Assembly: GCA_964016885.1 (NCBI GenBank)
Contig: OZ024742.1
Coordinates: forward strand, 258,354,001-258,418,000
Length of the DNA stretch: 64,000 nt
Origin: Eledone cirrhosa
Lineage: Eukaryota
Reading direction: 5' to 3'
Position numbers and translations under genes: made by a program. The first letter of the stretch is position 1. Every line of letters starts with the position of its first letter. This document shows, in pieces, positions 26,491 through 38,800 of the stretch. Below the pieces are notes generated by a model that saw only the letters and a program-made list of their open reading frames with translations, was not told the origin of the DNA and made no database searches.

Positions 26491-29335
26491 TTTTTATGGA
26501 ATAAGATTAAGGAAATCTTCATTGACGACAGACGGCTGATCACCCTCAAACAAGAATTGAGAGCTGTTAGCGAAAAACGCCAAATACCTGAAGAAGGTAG
26601 ATGAGAGAAAAATGTTTAATAAAAGATTCAAACGAAACCAAACATCAGTCTATAGAGATATGAAGGGCAAAATAATAAGTGTCACTGAGGCCCCATCCCA
26701 GAAAGACATAGATTCCTTTTCGAGAAAAATATAGGGTGAAAAGAAGAATTTCAACCAAGATGCAGTGTGGCTAAGAGAAATCCGAAAGAACTATTGCTCC
26801 TACACTACAACAAAAACATACGAAATAAGTGAGGGTACCCTTGAGACTGTGATAGGAAAACTCCAAGATAAGAAAACACCAGGATGAGACATGATTGTCG
26901 GCTACTGGTACAAAAAACTAATATTCTATCGGAGGTATCTTACTGACCTCTACCTACAAGTTCTTAAGGGAGATACACTAATACCAGAATGGTTGACATT
27001 AGCATAAACGTTACTGGTCCCCAAGAACAAAGACACCTACTTGGCAAAAAACTACCGACCCATTGCATTGCAAAACCTGATGTATAAGATGTATACAGCC
27101 TGCCTTAACCTATTCCTCCAAGATCACTGTGAAAATAATAACATCATCACAGATGAACAAGAAGCTGGAAAGAAAAGGGTTTGGGGATGTGCTGAACAAC
27201 TCCTAATCAACAAAACTGCGATGTCGGAGGTGCGACAACTTAGGAGGAATATGACTACAGTCTGGCTGGACTACAATAAAGCTTTCGATTCTGTTCCCCA
27301 CTCTTGGATGATAGAGGCTTTCAAACTTGCTAAAGTCCCAGACATTATTGTCAGAGCCATAGAGAGGCTGTCTTCTTCTTGGGCTACTATCCTAAGGTTA
27401 AAGACAGAGAGCGAGGACTCTATTTTCACTGATAAAATAAAATATTGCAGGGGTATATTTCAGGGGGACAGTCTCTCTGTGATATCGTTCATCTTGTCAT
27501 TAAACCAGTTGTCCTTTCTGCTCAAGAAATGTGAGGGATACATCATTGGCTCACAGGAGGACAGAAATACGAACCTAACCCATAACTTCTTTGTGGATGA
27601 TCTGAAACTCTATGCCAAGAACATGGATGTGATGAAGAAAAATGTTGACCTGGTTACAACGTTCTCAAAGGATATAGGAATGGAGTTTGGCCAAGATAAA
27701 TGCTCATACATGACTGTAAAGCGGGGAAAAACAACAACCCAATCTAGCAACATTGTCATCAATGGTCTAACTGTTTCACCGATATCTGATGAGGACTGCT
27801 ACAGATACCTGGGGATAGATGAGAACATATCCTATAATGGTATCTGTAATAAAGAACGCGAAACCAGGGAATACTACACCCGATTAAGAAAGATCTGGTC
27901 ATCGGAACTCTCTGCGCAAAACAAAACAGTGGCTCACAATGTGTTTGCTGTGCCTCTCCTAACACCAACGTTTGGAATACTCAATTGGACGATAGACGAA
28001 ATCCGAGCAGTTGATGTTGGAACTCGAAAAATACTGAACACCGGAAACTTTCACATCAACAGTGACATAGACCGCCTTTACTTGAAACGTAAGCAGGGAG
28101 GCAGAGGCCTAACATCAGTCCAGACAACATTTGAATGTCGCAGCATATCTCTCCGACAACATCTACGAACCTCGAAGCGTAGGAGCCCGTTTCTCGAGCA
28201 AGTCTATCTGCATGAAACAGATAAAATCATGAGAGTTGGGAAGGAACTCTTTGAGATATATTCCCTGTGTGATAATCAAAAACTCACACCCAGGGATGTC
28301 GCCCAGCAGTATCGCAGTGAATCTATGGATGAAAAACTCCATGCTTAGCAGCAAAAGATCATGCATGGATATGTTGCCAGGAAGCTCCAGAGTGAGAGTA
28401 ATATAGATAAGGAAAGTAGTCTATCTTTTGCAATCCAGGAACAGGAGATTAGCACGAAATACCTGATTCACAAAAGAGATAGGGATGCAGGCAAAACACC
28501 TAGATGTGATAACAAGTGCAGACTCTGCAGAACTAATATCGAGGATATCATCCATGTCATCAGCAGCTGCCCAAAGATGTCATCGCTGTACTATCTACCT
28601 ATGAGGCATGATGTAGTGGCCAAAACACTGTACAATGCAGTTCGTAAAAAAGATAACCCCGATAATAAACACATTAAAAGCTACAGCAATGTGGAAGACA
28701 TCCGTGTACATAATATGAAAGAGTACTGGTGGAATGTTCCAGTAAAAACCCCAATAAAATGCAGGCATAACAGACCAGATATTATGATATGGGAGAGGGA
28801 GAAGAAAACATGCACAGTATTGGAAATTAGCTGCCCAGCAGATGCCAATATAATATCAAAGATTAGCGAAAAGGAGAATATTTATGCAGAACTGATGACA
28901 AATCTGCAGATACTCCACCCTGATTACACCTTCAGATTTATGCCTGTGTTTATTGGGACACTGGGGTATGTTAGTAACTGCCTCAATACAAATCTTGAGA
29001 AGCTAGGCTTCACTGGAACAGAAAGAACACAACTAGTTAGGAAATGACAAGTACAATCCATTAATGGAACAGTAAAAATATGTAAAACATTCCAAAAATG
29101 TTGCATCTAATAACTGCATATACACATGTACAGATATAAAGCATATACACATGCACACATACAACTCAAAACATACATATCCACACATACAATAACATCC
29201 ATATCTACACATGCATGCATACATATCTACCTAGTTGATGTTGTGTAAATTCCAATGAGAGAGTCTTGTGTCTATGTTAGAAACCGACTCTCTCTCTATT
29301 GGTAAAACTTTGTGAAATTATAAAACCAGAAGAAC
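26491..29335 (+). mobile_element. R4/Dong-like REL non-LTR element, 5'-truncated, (CATA)n tail
   Basis: NYRPI, LDYNKAFDS, QGDSLS, FVDDLKL, CRLC..HVISSC, RHD, RPDI, EISCP; ends at (CATA)n ~29336-29413. Confidence 0.92.
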
Positions 29336-29413
29336 ATACATACATACATACATACATACATACATACATACATACATACATACATACATACATACATACA
29401 TACATACATACAT

Positions 29414-30008
29414 GGTAGCTGCCAACTCGTTTTCGAGTACGGCCACTACTTTATATCCATGTAGGAGAACCCCAACCGATGCGCTGAAAAAGTGTGACTT
29501 TTAGTACAGCCAGCGACTTGAAAACTCTGGTATAAACACTACACTTGTGACAATTATTGACACATAGTGCTGGGCCCCTGGTACCATGTGATGACAAGTG
29601 CAGAGAGATCTCCAGATACAAAGCAATGCCTGTGCCGTTAAGCTTTTATAGTGAGCAAAGGCATTGCACAAAGCCAGTTCCACTCTCTTAACCAAGCTGA
29701 TATTTACCAAAAAGAAGAACAAGTCAACATCATTGCATACCATCAGAGTTGCAGGTGTTATATCAGAGTTTTCCTTCTCCTAGAATTCTGCCTTGACAAA
29801 GGCTAAGGGGTCATCTCTCCCGGTGATTTTGGATGGCCATTGACTCTTAAGAGCTCCTTTGCCCTTTGACAGGTTTTGTTTTCAGTCCTGCAGGATGTCC
29901 AAAGTCACCCTCCTCACCAAGAAACCTTGGCGGGGTTGCCAGTTTAGACGCCAACGACCCGACCATGAGACAGGTTGTACTAGGATACACCTTACCAGTA
30001 GCACCAAC
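29414..30008 (-). mobile_element. RTE LINE 5' UTR region, possibly the 5' end of the 24805-26490 element
   Basis: ctaggagaaggaaaactctga, a motif typical of RTE 5' UTRs; same strand; flanked by (CATA)n. Confidence 0.6.
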
Positions 30009-30033
30009 ATACATACATACATACATACATACA

Positions 30034-30066
<33 letters not shown>

Positions 30067-30084
30067 GCATACAAAATACTATAA

Positions 30085-30895
30085 GGATTGTTGTAGTGGA
30101 TAAAGAACTATAACACGCAATCGGTAGAATGAATAGCCCTGTTAATAAACGTATACAAGATTACAGTGAAGTGGATGCTATGTGCATACATATTAAGAAA
30201 AAGTATTTATGAAATGTTCCACTCAAAACCCCAATAAAATACAAACGTTACAGAACTGACAGGGACATGAAAGAGAGAGAATGCTTGCACAGTTGGGGAA
30301 ATCGGTTGTTCAGCAGATGTTAATATGAAGCTAAAGATTAACAAAAAGGAGTACATTTATGCTGAACTAATGAGGGACCTGCAGATACTCCACCCTGGCT
30401 AAACCTTTAGATGTCTACCTGTGATCATTGAGATGCTGGGAAATTTTACTAACTGTCTGAGCACAAATCTTGCGAAACTGGACTTCACAGAAACAGAAAG
30501 GGCACAGTTGATTAGGAATTAATCAGTACAGTCCATTAATGGGACGGGAAAATATCTTACATATTTCAGAAATTCAGCATGTAATCACTGAATATACGCA
30601 TGTATAGTCACAGATACATATGCACGTGCACACATATATCTCAAACCACACTAATGGGCTCTCTATAACCCACACGCTGCATATATATATATATATCCTT
30701 CTAAGTTGTTTACTTGTCTCACTCGCTTTACGCGATTTACTTGTCCCAATAGCTTTATTTAGTTATTGCTCGCACCAACCGGAGGTATATGATTTTTAAT
30801 GCGATGAAATACCAATGAAGGTTGGAAAATCGCTGACGAAGGACTATTTTTATCATATGTAACCCATGTGCAACCACGCTGTATTCTTTCTTCTC

Positions 30896-30947
<52 letters not shown>

Positions 30948-31080
30948 CATAGATATATATACATTTTTGCCAAGTTGACGTTGTCTCAGCTCCAATGTAA
31001 GAAACTTCCATCTATGATAGAAACCGGCTCTCTATGTGTAATGGCTAAAATGTATAACAGAATAAACCCAGAACATACAT
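30085..31080 (+). mobile_element. Older 3' fragment of the (CATA)-tailed R4-like family, interrupted at ~30680-30965 by a TA-flanked repeat
   Basis: Homologous to ~28580-29340 including the 3' UTR ending ccagaacatacat. Confidence 0.75.
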
Positions 31081-31157
31081 ATATATGTAAATGTGTGTAT
31101 GTATATTCATATATATAGGGTGGGTGAGTGTTTGTTTGTGTACGTGTATGTATCCCT

Positions 31158-31193
<36 letters not shown>

Positions 31194-31195
31194 TA

Positions 31196-31771
31196 TTATT
31201 AGAAATGTAAGCTATCGCCGTATTTTGACTAAAGAAATTAAAGAAATTATTTAGCCTGATAGTGGGGTTAAGAACTCTCCGAGAAATGGAAAAAGATGAG
31301 TATTGACGTACATGGGAGTCGAACCCACATCTTTGGTTATCCGGACCACTGTGCTACCATTTACATCAACACATCACACGTCTTTGTCCATTCAAATTAG
31401 AAGCTATAAACTTAGCGACTGTAATGTCAAGTAAGAATATTTTCGAAACAGCGAGTTGGTTTAAATTATTAGAAATGTAAGCTATCGCCGTATTTTGACT
31501 AAAGAAGTTATTCTTACTAGACATTACAGTCGCTAAGTTTATAGCTTCTAATTTGAATGGAAAAAGACGGGTGATGTGTTGGTGTAATTGATAGTACAGT
31601 GGTCCGGATAACCAAAGATGTGGGTTCGACTCCCAAGTACGTCAAGACTCATCTTTTTCCATTTCTCCGAGGGTTCTTAACCCCAATTTCTTTAATTTCT
31701 TTAGTCAAAATACGGCGATAGCTTACATTTCTAATAATTTCAAACCAACTCGCTGTTTCGAAAATATTCTT

Positions 31772-31776
<5 letters not shown>
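31196..31776. mobile_element. Fold-back repeat of a ~270-bp unit containing a tRNA-like sequence, in (TA)n
   Basis: Left and right halves are reverse complements with permuted ends; tRNA-like copies at 31304-31375 (-) and 31573-31644 (+). Confidence 0.8.
31573..31644 (+). pseudogene. tRNA-like Pol III head, not a credible functional tRNA
   Basis: A box TGGTGTAATTG, T-arm GTGGG-TTCGACT-CCCA, GU-rich acceptor stem, atypical anticodon loop CCGGATA. Confidence 0.65.
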
Positions 31777-31802
<26 letters not shown>

Positions 31803-32518
31803 GAGTGTTACTATGTATATGTGCCTGTGTATGTGTGTAAGTGATTAGCCAGTTAAAATGATGCTACAAAACTGTTAAATCGACGGCATGAAATTAGAAT
31901 AACGCCGGAGTCATCATCTTTACAAAGTTATAAAGTACATGTTCTCCCTGAATAAAAACCAACGAATTATATCTTGAATATGTAGTTAAGAATGACACGA
32001 GGAGCTTTTTCTAAAAGTTTCAAGTAGAAGTTAAAAGTTCTAACTACAAAATTCTGTTAGATTGCCCCAAGTAACAGTTTTGTTCATCTTCATATATGCA
32101 TGAATGTTATTGTTGATGGCGGCAGATGTATTTCAAGATATTTATTTCCAATTTATTCGCAATACCACATTGCTTCTGTTTTGTTGTCTTGTGTTGAGTT
32201 AGGTTCATTTTTCTATATTGTTTTATTGTTTTCATCTTCAAATTTAAGCATGGTTTATTTTTCTCAGTGGAACTTAATTACAAGAAGTTGTAAACAGCCA
32301 ATAGCAGAATCGTTAAGGTAGAGAGACTGCGCAATTGTATAGTTGCTTTCATAATGGAAATATATTTTCTTCTATGTATGCCCATGCGTCTTTGTATTCT
32401 GTTTTGATTTAGGTTCTTTCTACATATATAAACAGTATAGCTGCCTATTCGTACCCACAAACACTCACACACACAAACACAAAACTACACACACGCCTCT
32501 CACACACACACATATATA

Positions 32519-32551
<33 letters not shown>

Positions 32552-34114
32552 CTGTGTGTGTGTATATAATCATGTGTTGTACAGAATTTGAATTAGCGTG
32601 TAATGTATATGTGTATACTTTTATTATCAGCATATATAAATAGAATGTTTTTTTGTTTTTATTTTAGTATACGTCTAAGCCCTGAATAAATTAAAAATGT
32701 TGATGTGTATGTGCATACCCTATTTACAAAAATCTGCTTCTCTGATGATATCTGCAGCTCTGTGAGCGGTAATATTTTATTCTGATTCCATTCCATGTAT
32801 ATAATTTGCTCCTGTGTCAAGTTAAATTGGAAATGGAACTTTGATGGACTCGTTTAAGATGTGGGATAGTGTGCAGGGTCGTATTTGTTTGTTTCAAATC
32901 TCTGCTCCCTAATTTTAAACCAAGCCGAGGTCGATTTTACTTTTGTACTTTCGAAATCGTTGAAACAGTAGCAGAACAGCACTGGTTTCGTTTCTTCTTC
33001 TATATCTCTTTCTTACCTTCAATCCATATCTGTTTCTATCCTGCTCTCTCCATCTTTCTCCAATTCTGGTAGAAATCAGCAGTTTTCAAACCTGGAAAAT
33101 AATGGATTCCAGCAGTATTAAAATTTCCTAGACACGCCTTATGCACACTATGGGAAAAGGCAGTTTCAAAAATACAGTTTCTTGATGAATGACACAACGT
33201 ACCGACAGCTATTGAATACACGATTGTGGGCCAAAACCCTTCACCAATAAGCCAAGCACTTTCACAATAGTTAAGGACAAAGAAGCTTACATGAAAGCAT
33301 TTATCTATAGGTCTACTATGCATAGGCTGGGTTTGTGCGAAAAAATATTGTCTAAAGTAATTTGTATTTATTAGGTAAATAAGGGAAACTTTTGATCGAA
33401 TTTAGATTTGTGATTTAAATATTGAATATGGAAGAATTTCAGTAGATATATCATTTCAGATTTTCTACGTTACATGAAAGCATGATTGCAACTAATTTTA
33501 CGTGAGTACCAAATGTTGATATACACGTATATTTGTATATTTAAACTCATGTGAATTGAAAACGGTGTGTTTTGCCGCCAATAGTCTATATTCCTACGCG
33601 CGAATACTGATGTCAATGGATATACATCTCATATGACTGTTGGTCACAGAACAATAAATACATATGACTTGCCTGAATTATATACGCATAACAGTGAACA
33701 ATAAAATGGTTTTTATCCCTGTATTTCTGTATTTCTGTATTTCTAAAGATAACCTACGAAATATATGGAATTTGAATTCAAATAGACAAGAGTATCGATT
33801 CTTCAGGTATGGTATCTTTATTACTAGAAATAAAATTTATGTTATTAAGATCTCCCTTTGCCAAAACCTAACGTTTCTAGAGGTGTCAAACAATAAATTA
33901 CTTCATTGCATTACTGTTACTTATTTTTCTCTGGCTGTCAAATACAAAATAAAATGAACAACAAATCCCTTTCTCAGAAGGAATATATTTTTCCACAGCT
34001 ATTGAATGATGATAGGTTGTAGGGTGAGCATAAAAAGGAATGCCATAACATAATAGCGAGATACACGCAGGAAGAAATATAATATATATCGCCACACCTC
34101 TAATACATTAATAA

Positions 34115-34625
34115 ATAACCATAATACATGTAAAGCCCACTATACTATATGTATAAACAATTATGATACATGTATAAAAAGCTATATTACATGTACAAAC
34201 AACTATGATACATCTATAGAAAATTATGACACGTACAAACTACAACATACGTATGAACTATAATACATGTAGAAAGAACCATACTACATGTGTATACAAC
34301 TATGTTACATGTATAAACAATTATGCTACAAGTATACACCACATGTACAAACAGCTATAATATATGATTTAAAAAAATCAAGTATGTGTTAAAATCATAA
34401 TACATGTATAGACAACTATACTACACGTATAAACAAATATAAGATATGTATAAACAATAATACTAGTCGATACAACTATACTACACGTATAAACACTTGC
34501 GATACATGTAGAACCTGCTATTAGACATGTAGAAACTATAAGGTTTATATTAACAATTATAATACATGTGCAAACAATTATACTGCATATATAAACAACT
34601 TTACTTCATGTACAATCATGATACA
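34115..34625. repeat. Degenerate ~21-bp minisatellite (aactataatacatgtataaac)
   Basis: More than 20 diverged units with TACATGTA core; related tracts at ~55990-56105 and ~56355-56425. Confidence 0.8.
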
Positions 34626-34639
34626 GTAGCAGAGGTATT

Positions 34640-35080
34640 AAATAGCAGTCATGTATAACATTCATGTCAATAATTCAATGAAGCTTCGACAACTTTACTT
34701 GTACAAAATCGTCGTCTTTTTCCAAAGAGGGGGATGGGGGGGGGGGGGGGGGTCGTGCCCCCAGGGTTCCCCTGCCCAATAGGTTCCAAGTGCCAATTCT
34801 GAGTGTTTAAATTCATCTGTAGATTATACGTATCCCATGTGTCAAGTTTGGTGAAAATCGGTTGCGAACTCCAGAAATTATGGCATTTTGTTGCAATGCA
34901 CTGCAGTGCTTCAGTCGACTGCAAGGAAGCGGTTAAAGAGGCTTATCTGCCCCCGGGGCACCCTATAAGCAATATCTGGAATAATGTAGGTTCCCATCAC
35001 CATCCGGAGTACATAAGTAACCTATGTTTTAAATACAATGCTGCTCGTAGTTTTCTAACGCTCTTTCAGTAGCTTTACGT
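34640..35080. mobile_element. Possible non-autonomous DNA/Helitron-type element remnant
   Basis: tgtgtcaagtttggtgaaaatcggtt motif common in invertebrate non-autonomous elements; GC-richer patch. Confidence 0.3.
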
Positions 35081-35213
35081 TCAGCATCTTGCGATCATCT
35101 AATTGCAGCCTCCATTGACGATTCATTTGCTTTTCTTCTTTTCCCGCTCTCAGCTTTCACCGTTTTGCGAAAAATGGTCGATCCATTCCAAGGAGGCATT
35201 ATCTAAGGAAAGA

Positions 35214-35400
35214 GGTGGATTGGCAGTATCGGTAGAGAGTCGGACGCTATGCTTTCCAGCATAGTTACGTCCCTTTACGATCTGAGTTCAAATCCCGCCG
35301 AGGTTCACTTTGCCTTTCATCCTTACGGGGTCGATAAAATAAAGTACCAGTAATGCACTGGATAATTGCTGGCCTTGTGCCAAAAGTAGAAACAATTATC
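35214..35400 (+). mobile_element. tRNA-derived Meta-type SINE with 18-bp TSD
   Basis: TSD ATTATCTAAGGAAAGAGG at 35198-35215 and 35395-35412. Confidence 0.9.
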
Positions 35401-35476
35401 TAAGGAAAGAGGACGTAACAGTCTAAGATATATATATATATATATAGTAATAATATTAATAATAATAATAATAATA

Positions 35477-35822
35477 ATGGATGTGGCCTGCCCATTCGAC
35501 ACGAGAGTGCAAGAGAAGGAGAGGGAGAAAATTAACCGATACCAGGACTTAAAGTGGGAGGTAAAAGGGATTTGGTACTGCCATGAAGTCAAAGTGGTCC
35601 CGATTGTCATAGGCGCACTAGGTACTATCTCAAAGAGTTTCCATGGATGGTTAAAGAAAATTGGCCCCGCCCCGCTTTTTGGAACACTTCAAAAGGCATG
35701 CTTACTGGGAACAGCAAGAACTCTCCGATACGTCCTGAATATCTGAGGCTGCAGGTATTGGTATGATATTCATTTAAACAAACTTTCCAGTTAACCAACA
35801 TCAATGACTGAGACTCAAAGAA
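35477..35822 (+). mobile_element. R4/Dong-like 3' fragment (family 2) between (AAT)n tracts
   Basis: DVACPFD..EKINRYQDL..PIVIGALG..LQKACLLGTA; closely matches ~52010-52340. Confidence 0.9.
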
Positions 35823-35831
35823 CAATAATAA

Positions 35832-35861
<30 letters not shown>

Positions 35862-35862
<1 letters not shown>

Positions 35863-38800
35863 GATTTCTTTATTGGCCACAAGGGCTGACATCAAGAAAA
35901 ACATCACAGACGGCACAGGACGGTACGATGTGGGTTTTGTGTTGACAGCAGATGGATCGTCTGACCATGGGAGCGCGTCCCTTCCACAAAAAGCGGAAGA
36001 GGAGGCGTTCCATTTTGATGAGAGTTGGGTTGGAGCAAGGGACGGCGGTGAGGCGGTAGCAGATGACGGATGCAATGTACGCATTCGCCACTTCCGCTCG
36101 GCCTTTCAGGGAAAGCTTCCTCTCAGCCCATTTCTGGGTGAGGGAGGCGACCCTGCTCGTCACCTCGTTCCAGTTTTTCTCCATCTGGAGGTCCGGTCCG
36201 AACCAGACCCCGAGCAATATAACCGGTCCGTCCTTCCAACGCCCCACGACGCTGTCGGACGGCATGGACTTGCCTCTCCAGGTGCCTAGCTGCAAGCCCA
36301 CTGACTTATCCTGGTTTATATTTGCTCCTGTCAACGCTTCGTATTCCTTCGTATTCCTTGCCGAGCATCTGGACGTGTCTGGTGCCCTCCCACCAGACCC
36401 TTGACGACAAGCGCCAACCTCGTTGCTAACACCTTGGCCAAAATCTTGAACTCTGCGTTTAGTAGAGTTATGGGCCTGAAATTATCGATAACATCCCACT
36501 TGTTCGGGTCTTTTCTCAGCAGCGCCACTGCTCCCCGGCTCACAAAACTGGGAATGCTCCCGTTCTGCTGCCAGTTGCAGTAGTCGTCTGCCAAAAGGTC
36601 ACCGAACAAGTATAGCATAAATGCATAAAGCTCGTGGGGCAAACCATCTAAACCTGGCGATTTACCTCTTGTGCAGTTAGCCATCACTTCCCATATTTCA
36701 CCGGCTGTTATTGGCTTTTCGCAACACTGTGCTGCGGTCGTCGACAGCCGAGGCAGTCTGTCGAAGTATGCACTGAAGTCCATGCCCCGAAACGTGCCTC
36801 CCCCGCTCCCGAACAGTTCAGCAAAGTGCTGCTGAAAAGCTTCACACATCCTCTCGGGTTCGAGCATCACGCACCCGTTTTGGTCAGACAAAGACAGAAT
36901 TGTGGCTTTGTTGCCACGTCGCGCCTCTGCAACCCGGGTCCATTGGACGGCTTTTGTCCCCTCGTGTTTCAGAGCACGCGCCCTAGCTCTGACAACGCAG
37001 CCTTCGTGTTTTGCGTTGAAGAATTGGTCGAGTGCCTCTATCACTACTCCTTTGCTAAACCTAATCGACTCTACTTTAATTGCCCTTTTCAGGGCGAACC
37101 CCCACCTGTTGTTGACGACCGCTCCCGTCAACGCCCGCTTAACTAATACGCTAATCCGGTCTCTGTAGACTTTGCGCGCCAGGAAAGACGCTATCAGCTT
37201 CCAGTAACCGTGTCCTTGTCTATGAAGTCTGTCTATGTAGATCTCACAGATCACAAATTTGTGGTCTGTGTAGTCAACTATTTTAAATTGTGGACAACTT
37301 ATACTAGCCTTATCTAGTTCTCTGCAGAATACCCTATCGAGATACGATCTGGATGACCCGATGCGGTTTGTCCATGTCCACATTGGCACATTCGTGTGAT
37401 CCAGTCGATACCTTTCAGACAGTTCAAAACGTCTGAGCAGGTTGGTGAGGCTCTTGCACCCTCCTCCTCTATCCACTAGCCCCACACAATCCCAGCGTGC
37501 ATCCAAGATACCGTTCCAGTCGCCCACTAACACTAAAGAGCGGGACGTTCCAAGAAAGGTCTCTAGACGTCTGAAGAAATCTGGCCGTCCTGCCCCTTTG
37601 GGGCGTAGACGGCTACTAGCCTGAAAGCATTGCCTTCGCTGCCGGTCACGTCCAGCACCACCGACTTAACTTCTGTGTCTAGGAAAATGGCCCGTATTGC
37701 GAGATCCAAGCCTCTCCGAGATGCGTATACATCATGGCCGCCGAAGATCGGTGCGAAGGCTTGTGCTTCGGAGATTCTGATTTCACTGTTGGCCACCACA
37801 TCTATGTTTAGTGACCTGAGGTCGTTGAGAAGGTGACCCTTCTTCCAAGATGACCCCAAGTCACGTGCATTTATACTGCCTATTCTAAGTTCGGCCATGT
37901 TGGACGAGAAACGGAGCAAGTGAGAAAGGGTCACTTACCTTGATCGTGTGGTGAAGGGACAGTAGAACCGTCCCTATTGCTGGTCATGGGTGTTTCCAAG
38001 AGGATGTAAGTGTATATCCTTTTGGTAACCGACCCTCTGAAGTCTCCAACTGCGTTGGGGAATTTTTGTTTTAAAGATTTGTACTGTTCTATTGAGATTT
38101 TGATGATGCTTATGTTTGTCGGGAGAGTTCTTGGTGTTGGTGTAGTGTAGTAGTTTTTGTCTGTGATGTCTGTGTGCTGCTTTATATATTGTACGAGTTC
38201 TTTTTTGCCATGTTTATGGGGGAGGGGTAATTTTGTTGCTTTCTTCTTGTTGCTGTTTGGTTTGTGTGTATTGTTGTGTTTGCGTTGTTGGTGTCTTTGG
38301 TGATGCTGGTGGTGGTGTGGTTGTTGTTGTCAGTGGTGCTTGTGGTGGTGATGGTGATGGTGTTGCTGCAAATTTCCTTGCTGCCTTTACCCCTCTTTGT
38401 ATGCCTTCGCTTTTGGAGGGTGAATCTAAGGGTTTTTTTATTTTTTATATTTTTGTGGCAGACCGTTTGCCACTTCACCCCTGCCTCAAACTCTATGTCG
38501 GATTCTGTGGCGTCTGGGCGGGGTATGTGCTCCACGGCTGTTGGTGGTGGTAGTGGAGCTCTCTTCGTCAATTGTGTTGCTAGTGTAGCTACTTCAAATG
38601 TAGCTATTGGTTTTGCCGCCACTGATGATGCTACTTTAGTTGTCCGTGGCCTTGGTACGGGTGCTACGGACGTTGCCCTCCTACTCAACGTGGAAGGGGC
38701 TTCTGTGTTTGTTGCTTGCCCTGCTCTTGCTAGCAACGGACCAGGTATTGGAAGGAGAGGGGCCTTCTTATTCGCTGTCTTCTGCGGGCAAAAGGCCCTA

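Noticed and set aside
29760-29830. HDV-like or twister ribozyme in the RTE 5' UTR
   Set aside because: Could not assemble the required pairings by eye
31573-31644. Functional tRNA gene
   Set aside because: Several GU pairs in the acceptor stem, non-canonical anticodon loop, and embedded in a fold-back repeat
33898-34095. Signal-peptide-like ORF
   Set aside because: GTG start, no splice donor, no recognisable domain
34115-34625. CRISPR-like array
   Set aside because: No unique spacers or cas genes; eukaryotic degenerate minisatellite
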